From assembly GCA_038252405.1 (NCBI GenBank), contig JBBSAJ010000010.1, forward strand, positions 16,909 through 80,908: 64,000 nt of DNA, in the 5' to 3' direction. The first letter of the stretch is position 1. Every line of letters begins with the position of its first letter. Of the stretch, positions 1-9,086 are shown one piece after another. A program made the position numbers and the translations under genes. This DNA is from Actinomycetes bacterium (lineage in GTDB: Bacteria > Actinomycetota > Actinomycetes > Prado026). The notes beneath the pieces are model-generated. The model made no database searches. It had not been told where the DNA came from and saw only the letters and a list, made by a program, of their open reading frames with translations.

Positions 1-352
1 CGGCTCGCAGCGAGGCCACCACGGCGGTGACCGCCGTGGTGGGGCCGCCGTCACGCACGTACCGGGCGGTGACCAGCAGCTGGCCGCCGCCGGGCAGCGC
101 CAGGGCGGTCTCCGGATGGCCGGTCGTGGTGGACAGCGCCCGGTACGGGTCGACGCAGTCCCACCAGCGACGCCCCCGCGAGTCGAGCAGCGGGAGCGCC
201 TCACTCAGCCGGCGTCCCAGGACGGCGGCCCTGGGCAGTCCAGTCAGCCGCTCGGCCGCCCGGTTGAAGACGAGGACCTGCTCATCGGCGTCCGCGACGA
301 CCAGCCCGTCGGGCAGGTCGTCGTAGGACGCGGGCTGGTCGGGTGCCCCCAT
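1..352 (-). CDS. PAS-domain sensor protein, N-terminal part only (C-terminus lies beyond the window edge)
   Basis: ATG at 352 on the minus strand, with the frame open to position 1. It is absent from the ORF track because there is no stop in the window. Translation MGAPDQPASYDDLPDGLVVADADEQVLVFNRAAERLTGL... looks like a PAS fold. Confidence 0.4.
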   Translation of the reverse strand, partial: MGAPDQPASYDDLPDGLVVADADEQVLVFNRAAERLTGLPRAAVLGRRLSEALPLLDSRGRRWWDCVDPYRALSTTTGHPETALALPGGGQLLVTARYVRDGGPTTAVTAVVASLRA

Positions 353-531
353 GGCGCTGACCCTAGCGGTGTGGACAGCGGGGTGTGCTTGTCGGTGGGG
401 TCACCGAGCAGTCCACGAAGGCGGCTGGACCATCACCCCCCACCACAGGACAACCGGCGGCAACAGCCGCCTATGGTTCACCCGACCCGACGGCCACACC
501 ACCCCCAGCGACCCCCGCGGGCCCTGACAGC

Positions 532-1371
532 TCAGCCGGCGGGATCGGGGTGCGGCCGGCGCTGCGCGCGGGCCGAGGCGTACAGGCACACGGCAGCGGC
601 GGTGCCCAGGTTGAGGCTCTCGGCGCGGCCGTGGATGGGCACGCGCACGACGTGGTCGGCGAGGGCGGCCACCTCCGGCGGAAGGCCCCACGCCTCATTG
701 CCGAAGATCCAGGCGGTGGGGGCGGCGAGCAGTCCCTCCTCCGCCGCCTCGTCGAGGTCACGGCTGCCGGCGCCGTCCGCGGCCAGTACCTGCAGGCCCG
801 CCGCGCGCAGCCCGACGACGGCCTCCTCGACCGCGATGCCGGCCACCAGCGGCAGGTGGAACAGGCTGCCGGCCGAGGCGCGCACGCACTTGCCGTTGTA
901 GGGGTCCACGCTCGCCGAGGTGAGGATGACGGCGTCCGCACCGGCCGCGTCCGCTGCTCGCACGACGGTGCCCGCGTTGCCGGGGTCGCGGACCTGCGCC
1001 AGCACCGCCACCAGCCGAGGCTGGACGGCGAGCGCCTGGGCGAGCGGCACGTCGAGCAGGTCGCACACCACCACGATGCCCTGCGGGGTCACCGTCTGGC
1101 TGAGCCCGGCCAGCACGTCGGCGCCCAGTCGGTGCACCGGGATGGCGCGGCCCTCGGCGGTGCGGACCAGCTCGGGGTTGCGCGCCTCGGCGTCCGGACT
1201 GACGAACAGCTCGCGCACGCCGGAGGCCGACTCCGGCGCGAGCGCCTCACGGACCGCCTGCGGACCCTCGGCGAGGAACGCGCGGTCCCGCTCCCGGAAG
1301 GAGCGCTTGAGAAGCCGACGGGCCGCGGCCACCCGCTGGTGCGGGGACCGCGGCCCGGTGACGGCCGTCAT
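532..1371 (-). CDS. TrmH/SpoU family RNA 2'-O-methyltransferase (TsnR-like)
   Basis: 279-aa ORF with a SpoU-type C-terminal knot motif (GNEAWGLP...SLNLGTAAAV). It sits directly downstream of rplT, as in actinobacteria. Confidence 0.8.
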   Translation of the reverse strand: MTAVTGPRSPHQRVAAARRLLKRSFRERDRAFLAEGPQAVREALAPESASGVRELFVSPDAEARNPELVRTAEGRAIPVHRLGADVLAGLSQTVTPQGIVVVCDLLDVPLAQALAVQPRLVAVLAQVRDPGNAGTVVRAADAAGADAVILTSASVDPYNGKCVRASAGSLFHLPLVAGIAVEEAVVGLRAAGLQVLAADGAGSRDLDEAAEEGLLAAPTAWIFGNEAWGLPPEVAALADHVVRVPIHGRAESLNLGTAAAVCLYASARAQRRPHPDPAG

Positions 1372-1396
1372 CGGCCTGACGTCACGAGCGACAGCC

Positions 1397-1777
1397 TCAG
1401 GCTGCCGGAGCGTTCCGGTCGGCCGGCAGCGCAGCGCGCGCCACCTCGACGAGGGTGCTGAACGCCGCGGCGTCGTTCACCGCGAGCTCGGCCAGCATCC
1501 GCCGGTCGACCTCGACCTCGGCGGCCTTCAGCCCCTGGATGAAGCGGTTGTACGTCATGTCGTTCGCGCGGGCCGCCGCGTTGATGCGGGTGATCCACAG
1601 CTGCCGGAAGTCGCCCTTGCGCTTCTTCCGGTCGCGGTAGCTGTAGACCATGGAGTGGGTGACCTGCTCCTTGGCCTTGCGGTACAAGCGGGACCGCTGA
1701 CCGCGGTACCCGCTTGCGCGCTCGAGCATGTCCCGGCGCTTCTTCTGGGCGTTGACCGCCCTCTTCACGCGTGCCAC
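1397..1777 (-). CDS. rplT: 50S ribosomal protein L20
   Basis: 126-aa [18 protein letters not shown]...[10 protein letters not shown], an unmistakable L20. Confidence 0.95.
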   Translation of the reverse strand: MARVKRAVNAQKKRRDMLERASGYRGQRSRLYRKAKEQVTHSMVYSYRDRKKRKGDFRQLWITRINAAARANDMTYNRFIQGLKAAEVEVDRRMLAELAVNDAAAFSTLVEVARAALPADRNAPAA

Positions 1778-1831
1778 GTGGTTCTCCTTGGTGGTGCGAC
1801 GCCCAGACCGGGGCGTCAGCGTCGGGGTTTG

Positions 1832-2026
1832 TCAGCGCCCGAGCAGGCGCTTGACCTTCTTGACATCGGCCGGAGCCGTGACGACGTCGGCTGCCAGCCG
1901 ACGGGTGCGGTCGGAGCCCTTGCCCTCAAGCAGGTGCCGCCGGTTCGCCTGCTCGCGCATGACCTTGCCGGAACCGGTGATCCGGAACCGCTTCTTGGTC
2001 CCGCTGTGGGTCTTGTTCTTCGGCAT
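1832..2026 (-). CDS. rpmI: 50S ribosomal protein L35
   Basis: [22 protein letters not shown]... (64 aa). The true ATG (cat at 2024-2026) is internal to the 109-aa track ORF. Confidence 0.9.
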   Translation of the reverse strand: MPKNKTHSGTKKRFRITGSGKVMREQANRRHLLEGKGSDRTRRLAADVVTAPADVKKVKRLLGR

Positions 2027-2093
2027 GCCGCCGCTTCTCCTCGTCGGTTGCGGCCCCGGTCGGTGACCGGCGCGCTCGGGTGGTGCTGCTTGC

Positions 2094-2738
2094 TCAGCTC
2101 TCGGTGCTGCTCGCTGGGGTCTCGTCGACCAGGTCGTCGACCAAATCGTCGACCGACCCATCCGGCTCGGCGTCGCCGCGACGGCGCCGCTCGGCGTCCC
2201 GCCGGGCCTCCGCCTGCGCCTCGGCCTTCTTCCGGACCGGCCCCAGGACCATCACCATGTTGCGGCCGTCCTGCTTCGGCGAGGACTCCACGAACCCGAG
2301 GTCCGAGACGTCCTCCGCCAGCCGCTGCAGCAGCCGGAACCCCAGCTCGGGGCGGGACTGCTCGCGTCCGCGGAACATGATGGTGATCTTGACTTTGTCC
2401 CCGGCCTTGAGGAACCGGACGACGTGACCCTTCTTGGTCTCGTAGTCGTGCGGGTCGATCTTGGGCCGGAGCTTCATCTCCTTGATGACCGTGTTGACCT
2501 GCTTCTTGCGGTCCTCACGGGCCTTCATGGCCGACTCGTACTTGAACTTGCCGAAGTCCATGAGCTTGCAGACCGGCGGCTTGGCCATGGGGGCCACCTC
2601 GACCAGGTCGAGGTCGGACTCCTGGGCCAGTCGCAGCGCATCCTCGATGCGCACGATGCCAACCTGCTCGCCGTTCGGACCCACGAGCCGGACCTCGGGA
2701 ACGCGGATCCGGTCGTTGATGCGGGGCTCGACGCTGAT
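2094..2738 (-). CDS. infC: translation initiation factor IF-3, non-AUG (ATC) start
   Basis: IF-3 N- and C-domains ([15 protein letters not shown]...[10 protein letters not shown]...). The conserved N-terminus begins at an ATC codon (gat at 2736-2738). That codon is preceded by GAGGAGG (2741-2749 on the minus strand) at 4-nt spacing. A non-AUG start is the hallmark of IF3 autoregulation. Confidence 0.85.
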   Translation of the reverse strand: MSVEPRINDRIRVPEVRLVGPNGEQVGIVRIEDALRLAQESDLDLVEVAPMAKPPVCKLMDFGKFKYESAMKAREDRKKQVNTVIKEMKLRPKIDPHDYETKKGHVVRFLKAGDKVKITIMFRGREQSRPELGFRLLQRLAEDVSDLGFVESSPKQDGRNMVMVLGPVRKKAEAQAEARRDAERRRRGDAEPDGSVDDLVDDLVDETPASSTES

Positions 2739-2783
2739 GGGGCCTCCTCGGGTAGCGGACCGTGCCGACCCCGGGAACGGGAA

Positions 2784-2814
2784 AGGGCCCGTGCCTGACG
2801 CAGGCGAGGGCCCT
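2784..2814. promoter_or_regulatory. GC-rich palindromic stem-loop in the divergent infC / DUF1844 leader region
   Basis: agggccc-gt-gcctg-acg-caggc-ga-gggccct: a 7-bp outer stem plus a 5-bp inner stem, seen directly. Its function is not established. Confidence 0.3.
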
Positions 2815-2991
2815 GATCCCGGGCAGCGACCGTGGCCGGCCGACGGCCGGTACGGCACTGCGGGACGCCGAGACCTCCGACGTCCGGACCGGACCCGGCG
2901 ACGCTTGGGGACGTGCCGGGTGGGAGGCGGGCCTCCGCTTGCGGACCGGAGTGCTGACGCACCCCGATCGGTCGTCTGTCAGGGTAGCAGG

Positions 2992-3363
2992 ATGAGCACC
3001 GAGGATCCGAACGCGTCCACCTCTGCCGGGACAGCCGCCCGCGACATCGCCGAGGTGCCGGCCGTCGAGGTGGTCTCCGCCGCCGCTTTGCACCTGATGA
3101 GCGCAGCCGCCGTCCAGTGCGGGCTGTCCGCTGCGGACGACCCGGGCGGCGCGCCACCCGCGGACCTGGCCGAGGCCCGGGTCCTCATCGACGCCCTCGC
3201 CGGCCTGGTCACCGCGGCCGCACCGCACCTCGGCCACCACCACGCGGCCCCGCTGCGAGACGGCCTGCGCAGCCTGCAGCTGGCCTTCCGCGAGGCCTCC
3301 CCCTACCCCGACCCGCCCGGCGAGGGGCCAGGCGAGAAGCTCACCGGGCCGGTCTACCGCTGA
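2992..3363 (+). CDS. DUF1844-like conserved hypothetical protein
   Basis: ATG at 2992 inside the longer track ORF, 123 aa, acidic with a His-rich patch. Its position divergent to infC matches the conserved actinobacterial neighbour. Confidence 0.5.
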   Translation: MSTEDPNASTSAGTAARDIAEVPAVEVVSAAALHLMSAAAVQCGLSAADDPGGAPPADLAEARVLIDALAGLVTAAAPHLGHHHAAPLRDGLRSLQLAFREASPYPDPPGEGPGEKLTGPVYR

Positions 3364-3370
3364 GCCGGAC

Positions 3371-4048
3371 TCAGGCCGCGGGGTCCTTGCGCGCCACCTG
3401 GTAGACCAACGCGGCCAGCGCCCCGCCCACCAGCGGCGCCAGGATGAACAGCCACAGCTGGGACAGCGCGGTGCCGCCCTCGAACAGGGCCGGACCGAAC
3501 GAGCGGGCCGGGTTGACCGAGGTCCCGGTCAACGGGATGCCCACCAGGTGGACGACCGCCAAGGCGGTCCCGATCGCCACACCGGCCAGAGCGGCGTTCC
3601 CGGCCCTGTCCGTGACCAGCAGGATCACCAGGACGAACAGCAGCGTGAGCACGGTCTCCACCACGAACGCGCCGGCCATGTTGATCCCGTGGCCCGTGCC
3701 GTAGCCATTGGTACCGAGCGCCCCAGTCTCGTCCGTGACGTCGAAGCTGGTGGTCATCAGCTTGAGCAGTGCGGCTGCCGCCGAAGCACCGACGAGCTGA
3801 ACGATCCAGTACGGCACCGCGTCGGTGACGCTCATCCGCCGGGACACCACCATGCCCATGGTCACCGCCGGGTTGACGTGGCAGCCGGAGACCGGTCCGA
3901 ACGCGTAGACGGCGAAGGTCAGCACCAGTCCGAACGCGAGGGCGACAGACAGCGGCCCGGCGGACTTGATGCCAGTGATCGCTGCGCCGACGGCGAGGAA
4001 CACCAGGGCAAAGGTTCCGATGAACTCGGCGGTCAGCCTCCTGGCCAT
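3371..4048 (-). CDS. aqpZ: aquaporin Z (MIP family channel)
   Basis: Two NPA boxes (HVNPAVT, SVNPARS) and six TM segments, 225 aa. Confidence 0.85.
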   Translation of the reverse strand: MARRLTAEFIGTFALVFLAVGAAITGIKSAGPLSVALAFGLVLTFAVYAFGPVSGCHVNPAVTMGMVVSRRMSVTDAVPYWIVQLVGASAAAALLKLMTTSFDVTDETGALGTNGYGTGHGINMAGAFVVETVLTLLFVLVILLVTDRAGNAALAGVAIGTALAVVHLVGIPLTGTSVNPARSFGPALFEGGTALSQLWLFILAPLVGGALAALVYQVARKDPAA

Positions 4049-4132
4049 GAGCCACCCCTTCCGGTCGACGTCCGACGAAGATCAGCCTCCCAGCCGCCGA
4101 CGCGGTCGGCCACTCGAACGCCTCGATTGTGG

Positions 4133-4840
4133 TCAGGACGAGGGGTCGGCCACGGCCAGGTCGAGGCCCCGGTCCAGCCGGGCCCGCAGCACCGGGACGT
4201 CGGCCAGCCGAGCGGCCACGGCCTGCGCGAGCTCGAGCCCGTCCGCGGACCGCTCCGGCACCACCGTGACCAGCAGGTCCGCGTCGTCCGCCGGGCCGAG
4301 CGAGACGCTCGCCAGCCCGGGCAGCCCCTCGACCGCCTCGGCGACCGCCACGGCCACGACCGGGTCGGTGGACGGCGGCAGCCACCGCCGGCCCTCGGCC
4401 AACGCCAGCAGCAGCGACCCGGTGAGCGCCACCCGGTGCGGGCTGGCCGGGTCGACCAGCAGTGCGTCGCCGTCCTCGTCGAACACCCCGCGGGCCGCGT
4501 CCACCGCACGGAGCGGGAACGGGCGCGCCTGCGGGTCCCACTGCGCCAGCGCGGCCAACGAGGTGAACACCGGGACGCCGCGGCGGCCGTCCGGCGATCT
4601 CACCGTGACGGTGGCCAGGTGCGCGACCTTCTCCACAGCGCGCCCGGCCGCGTCGATCTGGGCCTCGTCCAGCCGGGCCACCACCGGGGCGAGCACCCGG
4701 GCGTCCAGCAGCGCGGCCACCACGGCGTCCACGCCGGCCCGCCCCTCGGCCGCCGCCGTCAGAGCGGCCAGCACGGTGGGCGACGCCGATCCGTCGTCCG
4801 CCCCGAACGGCGAGGACGGCGGCAGCGGGCGACCGGTCAC
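4133..4840 (-). CDS. SseB family protein
   Basis: 235-aa ORF with an SseB-like N-terminal region. The family assignment is from memory. Confidence 0.5.
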   Translation of the reverse strand: MTGRPLPPSSPFGADDGSASPTVLAALTAAAEGRAGVDAVVAALLDARVLAPVVARLDEAQIDAAGRAVEKVAHLATVTVRSPDGRRGVPVFTSLAALAQWDPQARPFPLRAVDAARGVFDEDGDALLVDPASPHRVALTGSLLLALAEGRRWLPPSTDPVVAVAVAEAVEGLPGLASVSLGPADDADLLVTVVPERSADGLELAQAVAARLADVPVLRARLDRGLDLAVADPSS

Positions 4841-4882
4841 CGCGTCACGCTAGCCGGGCCACCCGTCTGCGACGATGCGCGG

Positions 4883-6088
4883 GTGGGCAGCCAGGCAGCA
4901 ACGGGAGAGGGCACCGCCGCCGGCGCGCTGCGCCCCGGCCTGCTGCTGGCCGCGTTGCTGCTGGTCGCGCTCAACCTCCGTGCGGCGCTCGCGTCGATCC
5001 CGCCGCTGGTCCCGACCATCGAGGCGGACCTCGGCCTGAGCGGTGCCACCGCCGGTGCGCTCACGACGCTGCCGGTGCTGTGCATGGGACTGTTCGCGCC
5101 GCCCGCGCACCGGATGGCCCAGCGGTTCGGCCGGGAGGCCGCCATCGCGCTGGCGCTCGTGCTGCTGCTGGCCGGGTTCGCGCTGCGGCTCGCGGGGTCG
5201 TTCGCGCCCGCGCTGTTCGTCGCGGTGCTGCTCGGCGGGGTCGGGATCGCGGTGGCCGGCACCGTGCTGCCGGGCGTCGTCAAGGAGTTCTTCCCCGAGC
5301 GGTCCGGCACCGTCACCGGGTTCTACCTGGCCGCCATGATGGTCGGGGCCACCGCCGCGTCGGCGCTCGCGGTGCCGCTGGCCGCGACGCTGGGCTCATG
5401 GCAGGCCTCGATCGCCTCGTGGGGCATCCTCGCCGTGGTCGCACTGGCGGCCTGGCTGCCGGTGCTGCGCAGGGTCAACGAGCGCGAGGGCGAGGAGGCC
5501 GAGGCCGCCACCCATGGGCTGCCCTGGCGCAGCCGCACCGCCTGGCTGGTGGCCGCCTACCTCACCGCGAACTCGGTGCTGTTCTACTCGCTGCTGGCCT
5601 GGATCGCCCCGGCCTACGAGTCGTTCGGCTGGACCGCCGAGCGGTCCGGGCTGCTGCTCGCCGAGTTCAGCGTGGTGCAGCTGCTGTCGGCGCTGACCAT
5701 CCCGATCGCCGCCGACCGGATGCCGGACCGCCGTCCACTGTTCGGGCTGGTCGTCGGGATGGCCGTCGTCGGTCTGGTGGTCGTCACCTGGGTGCCGATG
5801 GGGGCGCCGTGGGTCTGGATCGCGATCCTCGGCTATGGGCTCGGCGGTGGGTTCACCCTCGGGCTGGCCCTGCTCGTCGACTATGCGCCCGACCCCAGCC
5901 AGTCGGCCGGGCTGTCCGCGATGGCTTTCCTGGTCTCCTACACGATCGCCGCGGCCGGGCCGCTCCTGCTCGGTGCGCTGCGCGACGCCACCGGCGGCTT
6001 CCGGGTGCCGTTCCTGCTGCTGCTGGTGACCGGCGTCCTCCAGCTGGGCCTGGTCACTCGGTTGAGGCCGGGCCGCTCGGTGGCCTGA
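4883..6088 (+). CDS. MFS transporter, CynX/NimT (cyanate transporter-like) family
   Basis: GTG start at 4883. Twelve predicted TM segments, with an LLVALNLRAALASIPPLVP motif resembling CynX. Only the C-terminal 401 aa of the 846-aa track ORF are coding. Confidence 0.75.
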   Translation: MGSQAATGEGTAAGALRPGLLLAALLLVALNLRAALASIPPLVPTIEADLGLSGATAGALTTLPVLCMGLFAPPAHRMAQRFGREAAIALALVLLLAGFALRLAGSFAPALFVAVLLGGVGIAVAGTVLPGVVKEFFPERSGTVTGFYLAAMMVGATAASALAVPLAATLGSWQASIASWGILAVVALAAWLPVLRRVNEREGEEAEAATHGLPWRSRTAWLVAAYLTANSVLFYSLLAWIAPAYESFGWTAERSGLLLAEFSVVQLLSALTIPIAADRMPDRRPLFGLVVGMAVVGLVVVTWVPMGAPWVWIAILGYGLGGGFTLGLALLVDYAPDPSQSAGLSAMAFLVSYTIAAAGPLLLGALRDATGGFRVPFLLLLVTGVLQLGLVTRLRPGRSVA

Positions 6089-6851
6089 TCCGGACCACCC
6101 CGCGGTCCAGGTCGACGTCCATCGGCTCGCCCTCACCCTGTTCGTCCCGCCGGAACGCCTCGGCCTGCCGCTCCTCGACGGCGGCCCGCGCGGACGCACC
6201 GCCGTAGAACGCCCCGAACTCGGCCATCCCCGCGCCCAGCGCCCCCCCGGCCGACCCGGCCCCGGCGCCGATCCGGCGCAGGATGCCGCGCCCCGCGAGC
6301 TCCTCGGGGGTGTCCGCGTCGCTGGCGTCGCCGGCGTCGTCGCAGTCGACCTCCCCGACGTCGGCTGCGTGCGCGGCCAGGTAGGGCCGCGCTCCCACGT
6401 CCCCCACTGCCAGCTCGGCCACCCCGGCCCAGTGCCCCCGACCGAGCAGCACCGGGTGCGCCCGCTGCCCGTCGTACGTCGCGACCGCGAGCACCGCAGC
6501 CGGGTCGTCACCCGCGGCGGCCAGCACCCGGCGCACGGCGGCCGGCAGCAGGCCGGGCTGGTCCACGAGCGTGACCACCGCGGCGTCCACGGTGTCCGAC
6601 AGCGCGGCCAGACCGGCGCGCAGCGACGACCCCATCCCGCTCGCCCACTCGGGGTTCACCACCACCTGGTCGGCCCCGGGCACCTCGACGACCGCGGCCC
6701 CGAGGACGACGACCACGGGGTCGCAGCCGCCGAGGCGCAGCACCCGCACCGCCCGGTCGACCAGCCGCTCGCCGTCCAGCTCGGCCACCGCCTTGGGTCC
6801 GCCGAACCGGCTGCCCTCCCCCGCCGCGAGCAGCACTCCGGCGACGCTCAC
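6054..6851 (-). CDS. MobA-like NTP transferase (MocA-type molybdenum cofactor cytidylyltransferase) with a C-terminal extension
   Basis: LLAAGEGSRFGGPKA nucleotide-binding motif. The GTG start at 6851 overlaps the XdhC TGA stop (GTGA). About 70 extra Gly/Ala-rich residues follow the NTP-transferase fold. Confidence 0.65.
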   Translation of the reverse strand: MSVAGVLLAAGEGSRFGGPKAVAELDGERLVDRAVRVLRLGGCDPVVVVLGAAVVEVPGADQVVVNPEWASGMGSSLRAGLAALSDTVDAAVVTLVDQPGLLPAAVRRVLAAAGDDPAAVLAVATYDGQRAHPVLLGRGHWAGVAELAVGDVGARPYLAAHAADVGEVDCDDAGDASDADTPEELAGRGILRRIGAGAGSAGGALGAGMAEFGAFYGGASARAAVEERQAEAFRRDEQGEGEPMDVDLDRGVVRIRPPSGPASTE

Positions 6852-7954
6852 CGCTCCGCCCCGGGGTGGATCGGCCCGTCCACCGAGCCCAGCCGCGACC
6901 CGGTGCCGCCCCAGTGCGCCGCGATGATCTCGGCGGCGATCGAGACGGCGGTCTCCTCCGGGGTGCGGGCACCGATGTCCAGCCCGATCGGCGAGGACAG
7001 CCGGGCCAGCTCGTCGTCGGTGAGCCCGGCCTCGCGCAGCCGGGCCAGCCGGTCCTCGTGGGTGCGCCGGCTGCCCATGGCCCCGATGTAGGTGGCCGGC
7101 GTGCGCAGCGCCACCTCGAGAAGAGGCACGTCGAACTTCGGGTCGTGGGTGAGCACGCAGATCACCGTGCGCGCGTCCACCTGGACGCCGGACAGGTACC
7201 GGTGCGGCCACTCCACGACGACCTCGTCGGCGTCCGGGAACCGCTTGGTCGTGGCGAACACCGGGCGGGCGTCGCACACGGTCACGTGGTAGCCGAGGAA
7301 CCGGCCGATCCGGGCCACCGCTCCGGCGAAGTCGATCGCGCCGAAGACCAGCAGGAGCGGCGGCGGGGCGTACGACTGGACGAACACGGCCAGCTCGTCG
7401 CCGCGGCGCTCGCCGTCCGCGCCGTAGTGCAGGAAGCCGGTACGCCCGGCCTCGAGCAGGCCGCGGACGTCGTCCGTCACCGCGTGCTCGAGCCGCTGGG
7501 AGCCGAGCTCGCCGGAGGCCCGGTCCGGCCAGACCACCCGTTTGGCGCCCAGCCGGCCCGGCCCGTCGACGATCGTGGCCACCGCGACCGGCTCCCGACG
7601 CTCGATCGAGGCGATCACCTCGGGCAGCTGCGGCCAGGTCTGCTCCGACACCGCCTCGACGAACACGTCGAGGATCCCGCCGCAGGTCAGCCCGACGGCG
7701 AACGCGTCGTCGTCGCTGACTCCGTACCGCTGCAGCACCGGGCGGCCGCTGGCCATGACCTCCTGGGCCAGGTCGTAGACCGCGCCCTCGACGCAGCCGC
7801 CGCTCACGCTGCCGACCGCCTCGCCGGACGCCGACACGGCCATCGACGCGCCCGCCGGGCGGGGCGCGGACTTCCAGGTCCGCACGACGGTGGCCAGCCC
7901 GAAGCTGCCGCCCTCGTCGTACAGCCGACGGATGTCGGCGATCACCTCACGCAT
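6848..7954 (-). CDS. XdhC/CoxI family molybdoenzyme maturation protein
   Basis: 368 aa, XdhC N-domain plus Rossmann-like C-domain. Confidence 0.8.
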   Translation of the reverse strand: MREVIADIRRLYDEGGSFGLATVVRTWKSAPRPAGASMAVSASGEAVGSVSGGCVEGAVYDLAQEVMASGRPVLQRYGVSDDDAFAVGLTCGGILDVFVEAVSEQTWPQLPEVIASIERREPVAVATIVDGPGRLGAKRVVWPDRASGELGSQRLEHAVTDDVRGLLEAGRTGFLHYGADGERRGDELAVFVQSYAPPPLLLVFGAIDFAGAVARIGRFLGYHVTVCDARPVFATTKRFPDADEVVVEWPHRYLSGVQVDARTVICVLTHDPKFDVPLLEVALRTPATYIGAMGSRRTHEDRLARLREAGLTDDELARLSSPIGLDIGARTPEETAVSIAAEIIAAHWGGTGSRLGSVDGPIHPGAER

Positions 7955-9086
7955 CGACGGACCCTCCCTGGGAGATCAGCGCACCCAGCCGCTCGAACGC
8001 GGCCAGGCTGTGCCCCTCGACGAAGTCATCGACCCACGGCAGTGCCGTGGCCATCCCCGCGGTGAGCGGCGCGAACCCCTCCCGGGCCTTGTGCGGGTTG
8101 ACCCAGACCACCCGGTGGGCCAACCGGTGCAGCCGGTGCATCTGCTCACCCAGCAGCGTGGGGTCGCCGCGCTCCCAGCCGTCGGACACGACCACGACGA
8201 CCGCCCCGCGGGCCGCCCCCCGCTGGCCGTACCGGTCGAGGAAGGCCTTCAGCTCCTCGCCCAGCCGGGTGCCGCCGCTCCAGTCCGGGACGACGGACGA
8301 CACGGCGGCCATGGCGGCGTCCGGGTCGGTGGCCGCCATCTCCCTGGTCACCCGGGTCAGCCGGGTGCCGATGGTGAACGCCTCGGTCCGGGGCCGCTGC
8401 CGCACGCAGGCGTGCGCGAACCGCAGCACCGCGTCGGCGTACGGCGCCATCGACCCGCTCACGTCGACGAGCAGGACCACCCGCCGGGCCCGCCGGGTGC
8501 GGTGCTGGCGGCGCAGCCGGGCCGGCTCGCCACCCCGCTCGAGCATCGCCCGGACGGTGCGCCGCGGGTCCAGCGGGCCGTGCCGGTCCGGGACCAGCCG
8601 GCGGGACGGCCGCAGCGGCGCGGGCGATCGCAGCAGGGCGATCATCCGGCGCACCTCGTCCCGCTCGGCCGGGGTCAGCCGGGCGACGTCCCGGTGCCGC
8701 AGCACCTCGGCCGGGCTGGCGGTGGCGGCCCGGCTCGGGTCGGTGTCCGGCCGGTCACCCGCGGTGGCGTCCACGGGCATCGCCACCTCGCGGCGCACCT
8801 CGGTGCGCGGCACCGGACGCATCGGCGGGGGGACCTCGCCGCCGAACCACGCGGTGAACGCCGCGTCGTAGCGGGGCAGGTCGTCCGGGCCGGAGCACAG
8901 CGTCAGCCGCCCGGCCCAGTACACGTCGTCACGGCGGCACACGCCCAGCTCGCCCAGCGCCGCGACCATGGCCTGGACCCGGTCCGGGCCGGCGGCCACG
9001 CCGGCCGCGCGCAGGGTGCGGGCGAAGCCCACCAGGGTATCGAGGACCGTCTCCGCGCCGGCGGACGCGCTCACGGCGGCGCTCAC
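7947..9086 (-). CDS. VWA domain protein, CoxE-like
   Basis: LLVDVSGSM MIDAS motif at the start of the VWA domain. The GTG at 9086 overlaps the TGA of the upstream AAA ATPase (GTGA). The rest of the 601-aa track ORF is upstream read-through. Confidence 0.75.
   Translation of the reverse strand: MSAAVSASAGAETVLDTLVGFARTLRAAGVAAGPDRVQAMVAALGELGVCRRDDVYWAGRLTLCSGPDDLPRYDAAFTAWFGGEVPPPMRPVPRTEVRREVAMPVDATAGDRPDTDPSRAATASPAEVLRHRDVARLTPAERDEVRRMIALLRSPAPLRPSRRLVPDRHGPLDPRRTVRAMLERGGEPARLRRQHRTRRARRVVLLVDVSGSMAPYADAVLRFAHACVRQRPRTEAFTIGTRLTRVTREMAATDPDAAMAAVSSVVPDWSGGTRLGEELKAFLDRYGQRGAARGAVVVVVSDGWERGDPTLLGEQMHRLHRLAHRVVWVNPHKAREGFAPLTAGMATALPWVDDFVEGHSLAAFERLGALISQGGSVDA

Noticed and set aside
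3548-6088. 846-aa plus ORF
   Set aside because: Only the last 401 aa, from GTG 4883, form the MFS transporter. The upstream part is antisense to aqpZ and SseB.
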